Shown: positions 28,151 to 37,628, counted from the first letter of the stretch. The stretch: 43,550 nt of DNA from Myxococcota bacterium (GCA_036337435.1 JAYZEG010000051.1:1-43550); one strand, 5' to 3'. The notes: generated by a model from the sequence alone, not told the origin. Made by a program: numbers and translations.

Positions 28151-31009
28151 ATGTTCGATAAATTGAAACACGCTTTGGTCGGTTTGCTTGGGTCACTCAT
28201 GCTGGTGCTGCCCATGTCAGCTGTGGCTGTGCCTGATATCTTCATGCAGGAAGGTTTCGTGACCGATAACCGCGGGCGAGCTTTAGATGGTGTCCATAAC
28301 ATCACGGTAAGACTGTTTGCGGCGGCCCGAGATGGAGACCCGATTTTTCAGGAAGTGCACGAAGGAATCACCATCGAAAATGGCTACTATGCTATCGCTG
28401 TCGGCAGTATCGAAGCCCTCAATGGTGCTCTCTTCAACGGTGAAGTGTTCTTTACAATCGCGATTGATAATGGGGCTGATTTAGAACCCAGAATCGAACT
28501 CGGCAAGGTCCCGGCTGCGTTTGTCTGTAGTGTCGCCGACCAAATCGCAACAGATGCCGACATCGATGTGGCCACGGTGGCGATCGCGGGTGAGACGGTC
28601 ATCGACCAAAATGGACAATGGGTGGGTAACCCTACTGGGCTTCGAGGACCGGCAGGCCCACCAGGGCAGCGTGGCGAAGCAGGTCCGCAGGGACCCCAAG
28701 GGCCGCAGGGCGAGCGCGGAGCAGATGGCACCGACGGTGCTCAAGGTGAACAAGGGTCGCCTGACACGCCACTTCAAGTCCGAGGGAAGTTGTTGGAAGT
28801 AGACGGGCCAGGTTCCGGCGTCAATGCGGATTTGCTCGATGACCTGACATCCGGCCAATTTCTCATGTCTGACCGCGCGGACACGGCGAATGGCGAGATT
28901 CGTTTCGCCGACTCGATTCGACCATCTGCCGGCGGCAACGCCGATAATGGCATTCGTTGGCTTGATAACGCCCACGGCGGTGGCGGCGATGCAGCCTGGA
29001 TTCAGTGGGTTTCAGAGGGCGGAGAGAACACCGCGTTGCGGATTGGCGTTGCAAACGATGACGATGACAACATCGAGTTGTATTCGCCTTCAATGGTCTA
29101 TTTGAACGGTCCTGACGGGAAAAACCTTGGCTTTCGTTGGCGTGCAACTCATGGCGGCGATGGTGATTTGGCTCAGATCTCTTGGATTAGCGACGGCGGA
29201 GGAGACAACACCGCACTGCGTATTGAGGTGGGAAACGACGGCAACGACAACTTGGAGCTGCGTGCATCAGGTGGGGTTGATGTTGTCGGAGGCCTTCGGG
29301 TCAATGGCCAGACCGTACCCCTCGATGATGCTGGTTTCCTGGAGCGTATTCGGTCCGTCGATGGACCGGGTTCGGGCATTGTCGCTGATAGCTTGGACAA
29401 CCTGGACTCGGGGCAACTGCTGCGGGCTGACCAAAACATTACTTTGGGTGGCAGTATGGCTGTACCCAATGGCTCGATCAACATGGGCGGTAACGCCATT
29501 ATTTTCCAGGCGGATCCGACCGACCAGGCCCGGATCTACGAAGAAAGAACAGGCAATGACAGCACCAACCTAATCTTCGAGAAACGGGACAACACCAGCG
29601 ACCAAATTAGATTTCGTTGGGCAATGTGTTGCGATGATGGGACCCATGATGTTCTGGCGATTAATCGCAGCACGGTGTCTGTGTTCGATGCCGATGTCGT
29701 CATCAATGACCGCTTCTTTTTTCCCGATGAAGGCTATTACTTCCGCGTCCAACGACCCAATGATAACCTCGAGGCGGGCATTCAACTGCGGACTGGTGGT
29801 TCCGTCAAGTGGCGCATGTGGATCGATAATGATGGCAATGCAGACCCAGCCCTTCGGTTTTTACAGTCTGGACACGGGTTTAATGATGCAAACCCCCAGT
29901 TCAAAATCGATGCCAGTGGAGACGTCTCCATCGGGCGTGACCTCGTCGTTGGACGCAATCTGAGAATTGAGGGCAGCCTTACAGTCAATGGTCGAGACAT
30001 CGATGGGGGCGTACCAACGGGTGCCATCGTTCTTCACGAAGAAGCCAACAATGATGGCATGACCAACGCAGGGTATGAAGCCACCGGTGCCGTTGCCATT
30101 ATCGGCGGTGGGAGTCGGGGGAACTCCTGGCGTGGATTGGCGAGTGTGCCCTCGTATCAAGGTTGGAGTACATCGGCGGTCATCAATGGGCGAATGTATC
30201 AGATGGGGACGGCAAGCAACTGCGTTTTCGAATACAACGCGGCCAGCAATTCTTGGAATCAGCGTGCGTGTCACCCAGCAGGAAAGCGTTATAGCCACCA
30301 AGCCTATGCCGTTGGCGAGCATATTTATTTCATCGGCGGTAACGGACCCCACAACTACAATCATCGTTATACACCGGCGAGTAACTCATGGAATGATATG
30401 GCACCCATCATCGGACCAAACGGAAACCCCAATGGACGCTACTGTGCTCGAGGCGGCGTCGTCGATGACATGATTTACGTCGCCAAAGGCCGATTGCAGA
30501 ATGGTGGGACGACTCGCAGCACGGTGCGCTATGACCCTCAGAATAACTCGTGGCGGACTTTGAGAGATTCCAATGTTTCGGGCACTGAATTTAATGCAGG
30601 CACCCTGGGGCACCACATCTACTTTGCAGGCGGGAATAACGAGTTCGGATCGCCATCGACCTACATGGACCGATACGATGTCCGCACGGACAGTTGGGAA
30701 CGGATGCCGAATACACCGGATGCCCGCGGCAACGCAGCGGTCTACGGTGGGCCTGACGGACGACTTTATTTCATCAATGGAACGGAAGCAGCGGGTCTCG
30801 GTTGCGGTGGCTGCCCGACCGATGGTTGGGCATTCAACCCACAGACGAACCAATGGGAAGGGATTCCAAATTCGCCCGGTGGCGGCTTCTATCCAGGAAT
30901 GGGCATCATAGGCAACGAACTGATCTTGTCGTCGGGTGAGGGGCGTGGGGCAGCTGTGCACGCCTATACCTTCCCGGGTAAGGCCTACTTCCTGTATCGC
31001 AAGAATTAA
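28151..31009 (+). CDS. Secreted fibre/adhesin-like protein: N-terminal domain, collagen triple helix, tail-fibre-like repeats, C-terminal Kelch propeller
   Basis: ATG 28151 after GGGGGGGAT; signal peptide ending AVA; 14 Gly-X-Y triplets; two DGPGSGxxADxLD motifs; about six Kelch-like blades (IYFIGG..Y.P.SNSW). Confidence 0.85.
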   Translation: MFDKLKHALVGLLGSLMLVLPMSAVAVPDIFMQEGFVTDNRGRALDGVHNITVRLFAAARDGDPIFQEVHEGITIENGYYAIAVGSIEALNGALFNGEVFFTIAIDNGADLEPRIELGKVPAAFVCSVADQIATDADIDVATVAIAGETVIDQNGQWVGNPTGLRGPAGPPGQRGEAGPQGPQGPQGERGADGTDGAQGEQGSPDTPLQVRGKLLEVDGPGSGVNADLLDDLTSGQFLMSDRADTANGEIRFADSIRPSAGGNADNGIRWLDNAHGGGGDAAWIQWVSEGGENTALRIGVANDDDDNIELYSPSMVYLNGPDGKNLGFRWRATHGGDGDLAQISWISDGGGDNTALRIEVGNDGNDNLELRASGGVDVVGGLRVNGQTVPLDDAGFLERIRSVDGPGSGIVADSLDNLDSGQLLRADQNITLGGSMAVPNGSINMGGNAIIFQADPTDQARIYEERTGNDSTNLIFEKRDNTSDQIRFRWAMCCDDGTHDVLAINRSTVSVFDADVVINDRFFFPDEGYYFRVQRPNDNLEAGIQLRTGGSVKWRMWIDNDGNADPALRFLQSGHGFNDANPQFKIDASGDVSIGRDLVVGRNLRIEGSLTVNGRDIDGGVPTGAIVLHEEANNDGMTNAGYEATGAVAIIGGGSRGNSWRGLASVPSYQGWSTSAVINGRMYQMGTASNCVFEYNAASNSWNQRACHPAGKRYSHQAYAVGEHIYFIGGNGPHNYNHRYTPASNSWNDMAPIIGPNGNPNGRYCARGGVVDDMIYVAKGRLQNGGTTRSTVRYDPQNNSWRTLRDSNVSGTEFNAGTLGHHIYFAGGNNEFGSPSTYMDRYDVRTDSWERMPNTPDARGNAAVYGGPDGRLYFINGTEAAGLGCGGCPTDGWAFNPQTNQWEGIPNSPGGGFYPGMGIIGNELILSSGEGRGAAVHAYTFPGKAYFLYRKN
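28637..28762 (+). repeat. Collagen-like (Gly-X-Y)14 segment
   Basis: GLR GPA GPP GQR GEA GPQ GPQ GPQ GER GAD GTD GAQ GEQ GSP. Confidence 0.92.
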
Positions 31010-31011
31010 TC

Positions 31012-31950
31012 GTGGGTTGGGCTCTGTGGCTCATACTGGCGGCATCACCCCCCTGTAGCGTGGGTGATGTGTTCCATGTCGATGGGGACGTTGTCACCGA
31101 CTACGACGTCTCCAAACTCGCGCGTCTAGAAGAGTTGACCGGCCTAAAGCACACGGAGGCGACAGCCGCTCTGACCGCGCTGGAACGCCGCGCCAAGGTT
31201 GCACTGCTAAGGCGAACTGGGCTGCGTGCGACGCAAACCGAGATTCACCAAGCTTTTGAAGACCATCTGCGTGCGGCAGGCAAGCCCGATGTGATTCGTC
31301 GCGCATTCCAAGTGGTGGGAAAAGAGGCCTATCTTCGGCTTTACGTGGAGCCTGATTTTGCGGAAAGAAAATTGACTCGATACTACGACAATGAAGTCGC
31401 GACGGCCGGGCGCAGTCGAGCCGCGGCGACCTTACGGGTTCTGTTATCGGGCCGTAAAACCATTGAAGCGATTCGGGGTCAGCCCTCGCAGGGGCTCATC
31501 TATGGCCGATTTAGGCTGACGCCAAATGAACTCATTCACCATTTTAGTCCCGGCCAACGGGATGATTATCTGGAGAGGCTCGAAGCGTACCACACTGGCC
31601 GGTCTGATATTCGGCCGGCAACCCCACAGTCACCCGTTGAGAACGTCGATGGCCTGGGCTTGGGCAATGTCGGTTACGTTCGGCAAATGGCCGATGTTTT
31701 GGACAAAATCGATGATGGTGACTGGAGTCGGCAGGTCGTACGAGACCAACATCAGTGGCTCATTATGAGGCGGATATCCGAAAACGGCGGTGTGTACGAA
31801 GGCGAGTGTTTTCGCTTCCCCATTATTCAATTTCACGATTGGCTCGTTTCTCGTTACCGAGAACTCGATTTCAAGTTATGCTCAACCCAGATTGCTGAGA
31901 AGGCTCGCAGAACTGCTGCGAGTAACCCCTTTGTGGAGCTGTTCCGATGA
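31012..31950 (+). CDS. SurA/PrsA-like periplasmic chaperone-like protein (degenerate parvulin domain)
   Basis: VFHVDGDVVTDYDV resembles the SurA N-terminal VAxVNGxxIT motif; helical region; VLDKIDDGDWSRQVVRDQHQWLIMR resembles the parvulin C-terminus. Confidence 0.55.
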   Translation: MGWALWLILAASPPCSVGDVFHVDGDVVTDYDVSKLARLEELTGLKHTEATAALTALERRAKVALLRRTGLRATQTEIHQAFEDHLRAAGKPDVIRRAFQVVGKEAYLRLYVEPDFAERKLTRYYDNEVATAGRSRAAATLRVLLSGRKTIEAIRGQPSQGLIYGRFRLTPNELIHHFSPGQRDDYLERLEAYHTGRSDIRPATPQSPVENVDGLGLGNVGYVRQMADVLDKIDDGDWSRQVVRDQHQWLIMRRISENGGVYEGECFRFPIIQFHDWLVSRYRELDFKLCSTQIAEKARRTAASNPFVELFR

Positions 31951-34900
31951 ACAAGTTTATGTGTCGAATTGTCCTTTTATTCAGTTGCTTTGCGGTCGCA
32001 GCCTGTTCCGGTACATCGCCGACGGGTGGTGGGGCTGGCGGAGAAGGTGGTGCCGGTGGAACGCAAAATGCTGACGCTGGTGGAGGCGGCGGCACAGGCG
32101 GTATGGCCTGTGAGAGCACGTGTATGCCGGGACTCGTCCGTTGCGTGGGCGATGCTATCGAAACCTGTGCCGATTCCGACCGCGATGGCTGTTATGAGTG
32201 GTCAAGTCCGGTTGCATGTGCTGAGGGGTTTGCCTGCTCCAATGGAATTTGTACCGATCCGAGTGCCTGCACCGATGAATGCACCATTGGTGCAACTCAA
32301 TGCGGACCGATGGGGATTCAACTGTGCGCAGCAGACTTCGATAGCGACCCGTGCGGTGATTGGGGCCCATCTGAACCATGCGGTGAGGGAGAAAGCTGTT
32401 CCAATGGTGTTTGTTCAGCTGGGCCTTGCCAAGATGAGTGCGGCGAAGACGCAAGACGGTGTTCCGGGCCCGGTTTTCAAGTGTGCGGGCAGTTCGATGT
32501 TGATGAGTGTCTGGAATGGAGCCAAGCCATAGATTGCGGTGATAACTTGACTTGTTCTAACGGCGAATGCACGAGCCCCGATGAATGTACGGATGAATGC
32601 GTCGGCGGCATAGACCAGTGCGTCGATGGCAACCTAGCGTCTGCGCAATGCGGACAATTTGATGGTGATCCATGTCTGGAGCTGGGAGAGCAAACGCGCT
32701 GTACCGCGGGTGAAATTTGTTCGAGTGGGCGCTGTGGACCACCTGAGAACTGCGATGTGGAGTGTGTTGCGGGTGAACGTCGTTGCCAGGCAAATGGATT
32801 CCAGCTCTGTCGTGACCTCGGCGATGGCTGTTTTGTGTTTGGCGAACCGCAGCCGTGCGATGCAGGTATGGGGTGCGTTGACGGGATTTGTATTGACGGC
32901 TCAGTGGATGAATGCCCTGGCCTCGACGCCATCCAATGCGCTGGTGACGGGGTTCAAACCTGCGGGCAATTTGATGCAGACCCTGCCTTGGAGTGGAGCG
33001 TGGTCCAAGATTGTCCAAATGGCCAGACATGCAGTCTTGGCGTTTGTTCAGCTGACTGCGTTGACGAATGTGAAGATGGTGTGACTACGTGCCGAGGTGG
33101 TGGCACGGTGACCTGCGGACAGCATGACAGCGACGCCTGTAGAGACTTGGGTGATTACACGCCATGTGCGGCAGGGGAGTCATGCAGCGTGAACACCTGT
33201 GCGCCTTTGGATCAATGCCGCGATGAATGTGAAATCATAAATGCAACTCGATGTAACGAGGCCGGCGTCCAACAGTGCGGTAACTACGATGCAGATGACT
33301 GCCTTGATTGGTCTGCTGCCATCGCGTGCGGTGATGGCCAAGTGTGCGACGGTGGCAGCTGTGTTGTCGCACCAGACCCCAATAACAATGACAATGCAAC
33401 TTTAGATATTTTCGCACCGGCGGACGGTGCGACGCTGAGCGGTGAATTGGCGGAAATTCGCATCAACGCGGTTGACCCTGATGGCATCGATTCATTGATT
33501 GTCACCATCGGTGGGATTCTCGTAGCGCAAGCTGCCGGGGACGATCTGCCGGGTGGTTGGCTGACCACGCGGATCGATACCCGTCCGCTCGAGGATGGAC
33601 TGACAACGTTGAGAGCGACGCTGACGGACCAAGGCGGACGCACCCTCGAAGCCACCCGTGCAATCCGCATTGACAATAATGGGCCGACCATCCGGATAAC
33701 ATCACCTGCGGACGGTCGCATTCTGGGCGGGGCTTTTGAATTTGCGGCAAACTTGACGGACGTAAGCGGAATTCAATCGTACAGCTTTCTTGTCGGTTTG
33801 AATAATGTGGGTGAAGATCTAAATGTTGCGGATCGGCCTGCGCGTTTGGAGCAGAGTTTGGCCCTCAATGCCGCGGATTACGAAGAAGGTCCGGTGGTCT
33901 TGACCGTTCGGGCGACAGATGTCTTTGGACACCAGAGTGAAGCGACGGTGAATGTTGAGTTCCGGTCCGGTCTTATCGTCGAAAGTATATCACCAGCAGC
34001 AGCGGGCGGCCGTTTCCCCGATGTGGCACGTCCATTTACGTGGACCGTCGGTGCTCAAGCCCCAGCGGGCGTGGTGAGTGTCGAATTTCAGGTCGATGGC
34101 CAGCGGGTCTCTGTGGATAACGAAGCCCCTTACGAAGCGATCATCGACCCGGGTCTTTATGTTGATTCGCAGAGCGTCTGTCCACGTGGCCAACACGAAC
34201 TCATTGCCATTGTAACAGATGCCAATCAGCAGATTGCGCGTGGAACTTGGTGCGCCACGTGGGACGATGAATCACCGGAAATTAGTCTGATTGCCCCGGA
34301 TGAACCTGGCTCACTTCTGGCCCGGGATGGTGAATCATACATCATCGAGGTGGCTGTTGACGACGCGGACACAGCCCCGACAGTGGCGATTTCGTTCGAC
34401 GGCCAGGAAGTGGGTCGAGCGATTGAACCGCCGTATGCCATCTCAGTTGATGCCGGCGCGCTGCTCAACGGACTGGAGACTCACGACCAAGAAGTGTCGG
34501 TCGAAGTTACAGCGACAGATTACCTCGGTAATGCCGATCAGCTGTTATTGCCTGTCCGGTTGACGCGCGGCGATTGGGCGATCTCGACGCTCACCTATGT
34601 CGGACGATTAGCCCATAGGGTCGGTGATAATGCACTCATGGGTATGTGGAGTGGAATCCGGCAGCAAGGTCGTCTCATTATGCTTGGCGCAGCCGGAAGC
34701 GGCGGGGCACTCTGGGACTTAAACATACGACGTGGCTGGCAGCCAGCAGACGCCATTACATACCCTGGTAGCACCGCGGTGGGCGTACGTTGTGACCTAC
34801 CAGCCACCGGTGCAAGCCGATTTTTAAGGGTCGACCCTGATGGTCGCGTTTGGGAATTCCTCGACGGATATGTCACCAAAGCGGTTCCGGGAAATGGGCT

Positions 34901-36005
34901 CTTTACGTATCTACATGTTGCTCCGTCTTCGTTACTTGGCATTCAGACGAATGGTCAGACAGCCTTCGAAATCGATTTTTCAAATGATTTGCCCGCACAA
35001 AATATTCAGTCGATTTCGGCGTTGGGGAATGGCGAAGTCCTGGTGCACACAATCGGGGCACAGGACGCACTGCTAAACAGGCTTCACCGCATCAATTCCG
35101 CAGGGGAGATCGTATGGACCTATGATGTTGGCGGTGCCATCACGCAAAACCATATCGACATCATGGGAGAAACCATGATCTTTGCCCGAACGATCATTGA
35201 CGGGGGCGATACGGTGCCCGTGCTCACTCGAATCGATTTTGGGACAGGCCTGCTGCTCTGGGAATGGGCCGCACCGCGTATCTTGAACAAAGAGTCATCC
35301 AAGTTCAACGCCAATGGATTCTTGTTATGGAGAGCAAGCAACTTGCACAGCTTTAGGACGCATTTGTTCGCAATCGATCCGGCGATTGGCGAGCAGGTTT
35401 ATACGCGTCCACCGGCGGCGGACGCCGAGATGGGGTTCTCCCCGCCAGGTTACGACATGTCGACAGTTCTTAATCTCTTGCCGGCTGGTGACACGGTGGT
35501 GCATGCACGTACCTCCAGTGAGGTTGAGCCAGGTCTGCGTGTCGCATCGCTCTACCGAGTCGGTAATGATGGTCGGATCGGTGCTTTGTACACGTCGGAG
35601 CCTGCGGTGCAGCGAGGCAACACTCTCATTGCGCCCGACTTTCAGACCATTGCGTCAGCCGGCGGCAACGTGGCGGTTGCCATTCAGACGGCCGCGACGG
35701 GACAGGGTGAAGTGGCCATGCTGAACTCCGACTTGCAAGAGCTTTGGCGGCTTGGTCTACCCGATGGAGCACAGGTCAATCGCTTGCTCATGAGCGGTCC
35801 GGAGGCGATTGATGTGACCACGACATCTGCAGATGAGGGAGATTCGGTCTTCCCAATATCTGTCGAGAACGGTGCCGGTTCATATCCATGGCGGATTCAT
35901 TCGCCTCAAGCCACACTGGGCGGCTTCATAGGCACGGCGACGACTTTATTTGTCATGCTGAACAACGATGATGGTGTTGATGTAATTCGGATCGAGAGAG
36001 AGTGA
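31947..36005 (+). CDS. Large surface lipoprotein: Gly-rich tether, eight Cys-rich repeats, about four bacterial Ig-like domains, PQQ-like beta-propeller
   Basis: Lipobox AA-C at residue 20; Cys repeats; Ig-like units (IFAPADGATLSG, ITSPADGRILGG, VEFQVDG..APY); W-ending propeller blades. Confidence 0.85.
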   Translation: MNKFMCRIVLLFSCFAVAACSGTSPTGGGAGGEGGAGGTQNADAGGGGGTGGMACESTCMPGLVRCVGDAIETCADSDRDGCYEWSSPVACAEGFACSNGICTDPSACTDECTIGATQCGPMGIQLCAADFDSDPCGDWGPSEPCGEGESCSNGVCSAGPCQDECGEDARRCSGPGFQVCGQFDVDECLEWSQAIDCGDNLTCSNGECTSPDECTDECVGGIDQCVDGNLASAQCGQFDGDPCLELGEQTRCTAGEICSSGRCGPPENCDVECVAGERRCQANGFQLCRDLGDGCFVFGEPQPCDAGMGCVDGICIDGSVDECPGLDAIQCAGDGVQTCGQFDADPALEWSVVQDCPNGQTCSLGVCSADCVDECEDGVTTCRGGGTVTCGQHDSDACRDLGDYTPCAAGESCSVNTCAPLDQCRDECEIINATRCNEAGVQQCGNYDADDCLDWSAAIACGDGQVCDGGSCVVAPDPNNNDNATLDIFAPADGATLSGELAEIRINAVDPDGIDSLIVTIGGILVAQAAGDDLPGGWLTTRIDTRPLEDGLTTLRATLTDQGGRTLEATRAIRIDNNGPTIRITSPADGRILGGAFEFAANLTDVSGIQSYSFLVGLNNVGEDLNVADRPARLEQSLALNAADYEEGPVVLTVRATDVFGHQSEATVNVEFRSGLIVESISPAAAGGRFPDVARPFTWTVGAQAPAGVVSVEFQVDGQRVSVDNEAPYEAIIDPGLYVDSQSVCPRGQHELIAIVTDANQQIARGTWCATWDDESPEISLIAPDEPGSLLARDGESYIIEVAVDDADTAPTVAISFDGQEVGRAIEPPYAISVDAGALLNGLETHDQEVSVEVTATDYLGNADQLLLPVRLTRGDWAISTLTYVGRLAHRVGDNALMGMWSGIRQQGRLIMLGAAGSGGALWDLNIRRGWQPADAITYPGSTAVGVRCDLPATGASRFLRVDPDGRVWEFLDGYVTKAVPGNGLFTYLHVAPSSLLGIQTNGQTAFEIDFSNDLPAQNIQSISALGNGEVLVHTIGAQDALLNRLHRINSAGEIVWTYDVGGAITQNHIDIMGETMIFARTIIDGGDTVPVLTRIDFGTGLLLWEWAAPRILNKESSKFNANGFLLWRASNLHSFRTHLFAIDPAIGEQVYTRPPAADAEMGFSPPGYDMSTVLNLLPAGDTVVHARTSSEVEPGLRVASLYRVGNDGRIGALYTSEPAVQRGNTLIAPDFQTIASAGGNVAVAIQTAATGQGEVAMLNSDLQELWRLGLPDGAQVNRLLMSGPEAIDVTTTSADEGDSVFPISVENGAGSYPWRIHSPQATLGGFIGTATTLFVMLNNDDGVDVIRIERE
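32109..33362 (+). repeat. Eight tandem ~52-aa, 8-cysteine protein repeats
   Basis: Consensus CxDEC-x6-C-x7-CGxxDxDxCxxW-x5-C-x5-CxxGxC, visible eight times. Confidence 0.88.
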
Positions 36006-36991
36006 GATATATAATCGCTATATGCTTGGCGTTCTTAGGGACTACGGCAAGTTGGACAGCACACGCGGATTGAGTGGGTTGCAGCAATTTGAGTCTCCCG
36101 GGTGGAGACCCGACGGCACGTCCGAATCGACAAATAGGTCGGGTTCGAACGAGTCTGTATTTGGCCTACGAGAATAGAACGTCGGCATACCGGGGGAGTG
36201 CGCCCATCGATAACAAACTGGGCGAAGATACGACCATCCTAACGATGACACCGACGTTTTCTCTCGCACTCTCCGGGACCTGGTCGGCCGTGCTGACTGC
36301 GTCGCTGGTCCGCCTTGATTATCAAATCCTTCGGCACCAGGATAAATCGGGTCAGCCCTTGCCGCGTTACTCGGAGACTGAGACCGGTGTGGGTGATTCA
36401 TCCATTATGTTGCAATGGTCACCCGAGGCTCTCAAACGCGATGGAATGATGAGCTGGTTCGCTCTTGGGCTCTCTGTTCCGACAGCGGCCGAGCGAGATT
36501 ACCCGCCTTTGAGTGGGACTGATTTTGGCGAAGTGCTTACGATTGGCACTGGCACATGGGATCCCATCTTGTCTCATGGATTTAGTTTTGAGTCTGGGAA
36601 TGTCAGGTGGACCCACACACTCTTCTTTAGATTGACGCCATATGAAAACCAATTCGGCTATCAGGCGGGCAGTGTTTTTCAGTCATGGTCCGGTGGAGAG
36701 TATACTTTTGACGCCAGTCCATTAAGGACAGGGATAAGGGTTGGCTACAGGCATCAATGGCGAGCGCGTCGAGATGGACTCGCTGTTTTCAACAGTGGTG
36801 GTGATTGGGTCAGCATAGTGCCGACTTTCCGTTGGTTAATCACGGAGAAATTATCGCTTCTGACAAGCCTTGAAGTCACTTTGTGGCGAGATTTGTATGC
36901 CGCGCCAAGCGGTTCTGATCAATTGGTTAACGGTCAGACAGATGCAGACAGACGTTGGTCCCTCGGGTTGTCTTACGAGTATGGCCCTTAG
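36002..36991 (+). CDS. Putative selenoprotein outer-membrane beta-barrel ('transporter'/MetA-pathway-like barrel) with N-terminal UxxC (U24)
   Basis: GTG 36002 overlaps the upstream TGA (GTGA) and encodes signal peptide MRYIIAICLAFLGTTASWTAHA, then D-TGA-V-G-C, in frame with the 36074 ORF. Barrel motifs GVGD, LGLSVPT, GTGTWD and NSGG; terminal LGLSYEY. Confidence 0.8.
36093..36109 (+). promoter_or_regulatory. Candidate bacterial SECIS element
   Basis: Hairpin GUCUCC-CGGGU-GGAGAC; loop 26-30 nt after the UGA at 36071-36073. Confidence 0.65.
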
Positions 36992-37014
36992 TGCCCTGAT
37001 GAAAGAGAGATAAA

Positions 37015-37623
37015 ATGCTGCTAATTCTATCCATCATCCTGAGTGTGGCGCCCATTGAGTTCGTCGTCCCGGGACTGACATGCCCCACCTGTGTTGCACC
37101 CGTCAAAAAAGCCCTCGCACTCACTGACGGTGTCAAAAAGGTCGAAATCGATTGGCGAACTCGGATGGTCAAAGTGACTGTTGAGACCCCGGGTGAGGCC
37201 ACGCGCAAACGCCTATCAAAGGTGCTGGCAGACGCAGGATACGGTCCAGAGACCGAGACGATATCCATTCAGAAAGTGGATGCCTTTGGTGACTATTTGG
37301 TCGTCGACCAGGCGCCTCAGCGTATCGAGCAGCTTTCGGTCTGGGGAAAAGTCACCCTTGTTGCTGTTTGTACGCCCGATTGCGCACCCTGTGATCAATT
37401 CAAACGGGATGCAAAGTTGTTTGCGGAGCGTGTCAAGCGCTTGGCAGTGCGTATCCTCGTCGTTAAAGATGAAGACCATCCAATGGCTAAGTTCCTACCC
37501 CAGAAAGCACCCGTACCTTATATCCACATTTTTGACAAAACCGGCCAACGAGCCTATCTGGGTCAAAACGAGGGAAATCTTGTTTACAAGAAGGTGGAAA
37601 CTTTACTCGGGGTCGTTAAGTAA
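37015..37623 (+). CDS. Exported heavy-metal-associated (HMA) domain fused to a thioredoxin-like domain
   Basis: VPGLTCPTCVAPVKKAL..TDGV...AGY (HMA CxxC), then GKVTLVAVCTPDCAPC...VPYIHIFDKTG (Trx CxxC plus cis-Pro motif). Confidence 0.88.
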   Translation: MLLILSIILSVAPIEFVVPGLTCPTCVAPVKKALALTDGVKKVEIDWRTRMVKVTVETPGEATRKRLSKVLADAGYGPETETISIQKVDAFGDYLVVDQAPQRIEQLSVWGKVTLVAVCTPDCAPCDQFKRDAKLFAERVKRLAVRILVVKDEDHPMAKFLPQKAPVPYIHIFDKTGQRAYLGQNEGNLVYKKVETLLGVVK

Positions 37624-37628
37624 GCCGC

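Noticed and set aside
28151..31009. Prophage or contractile injection system suggested by the tail-fibre-like repeats
   Set aside because: No capsid, sheath, tube, baseplate or integrase genes in the window, and the protein has a Sec-pathway signal peptide.
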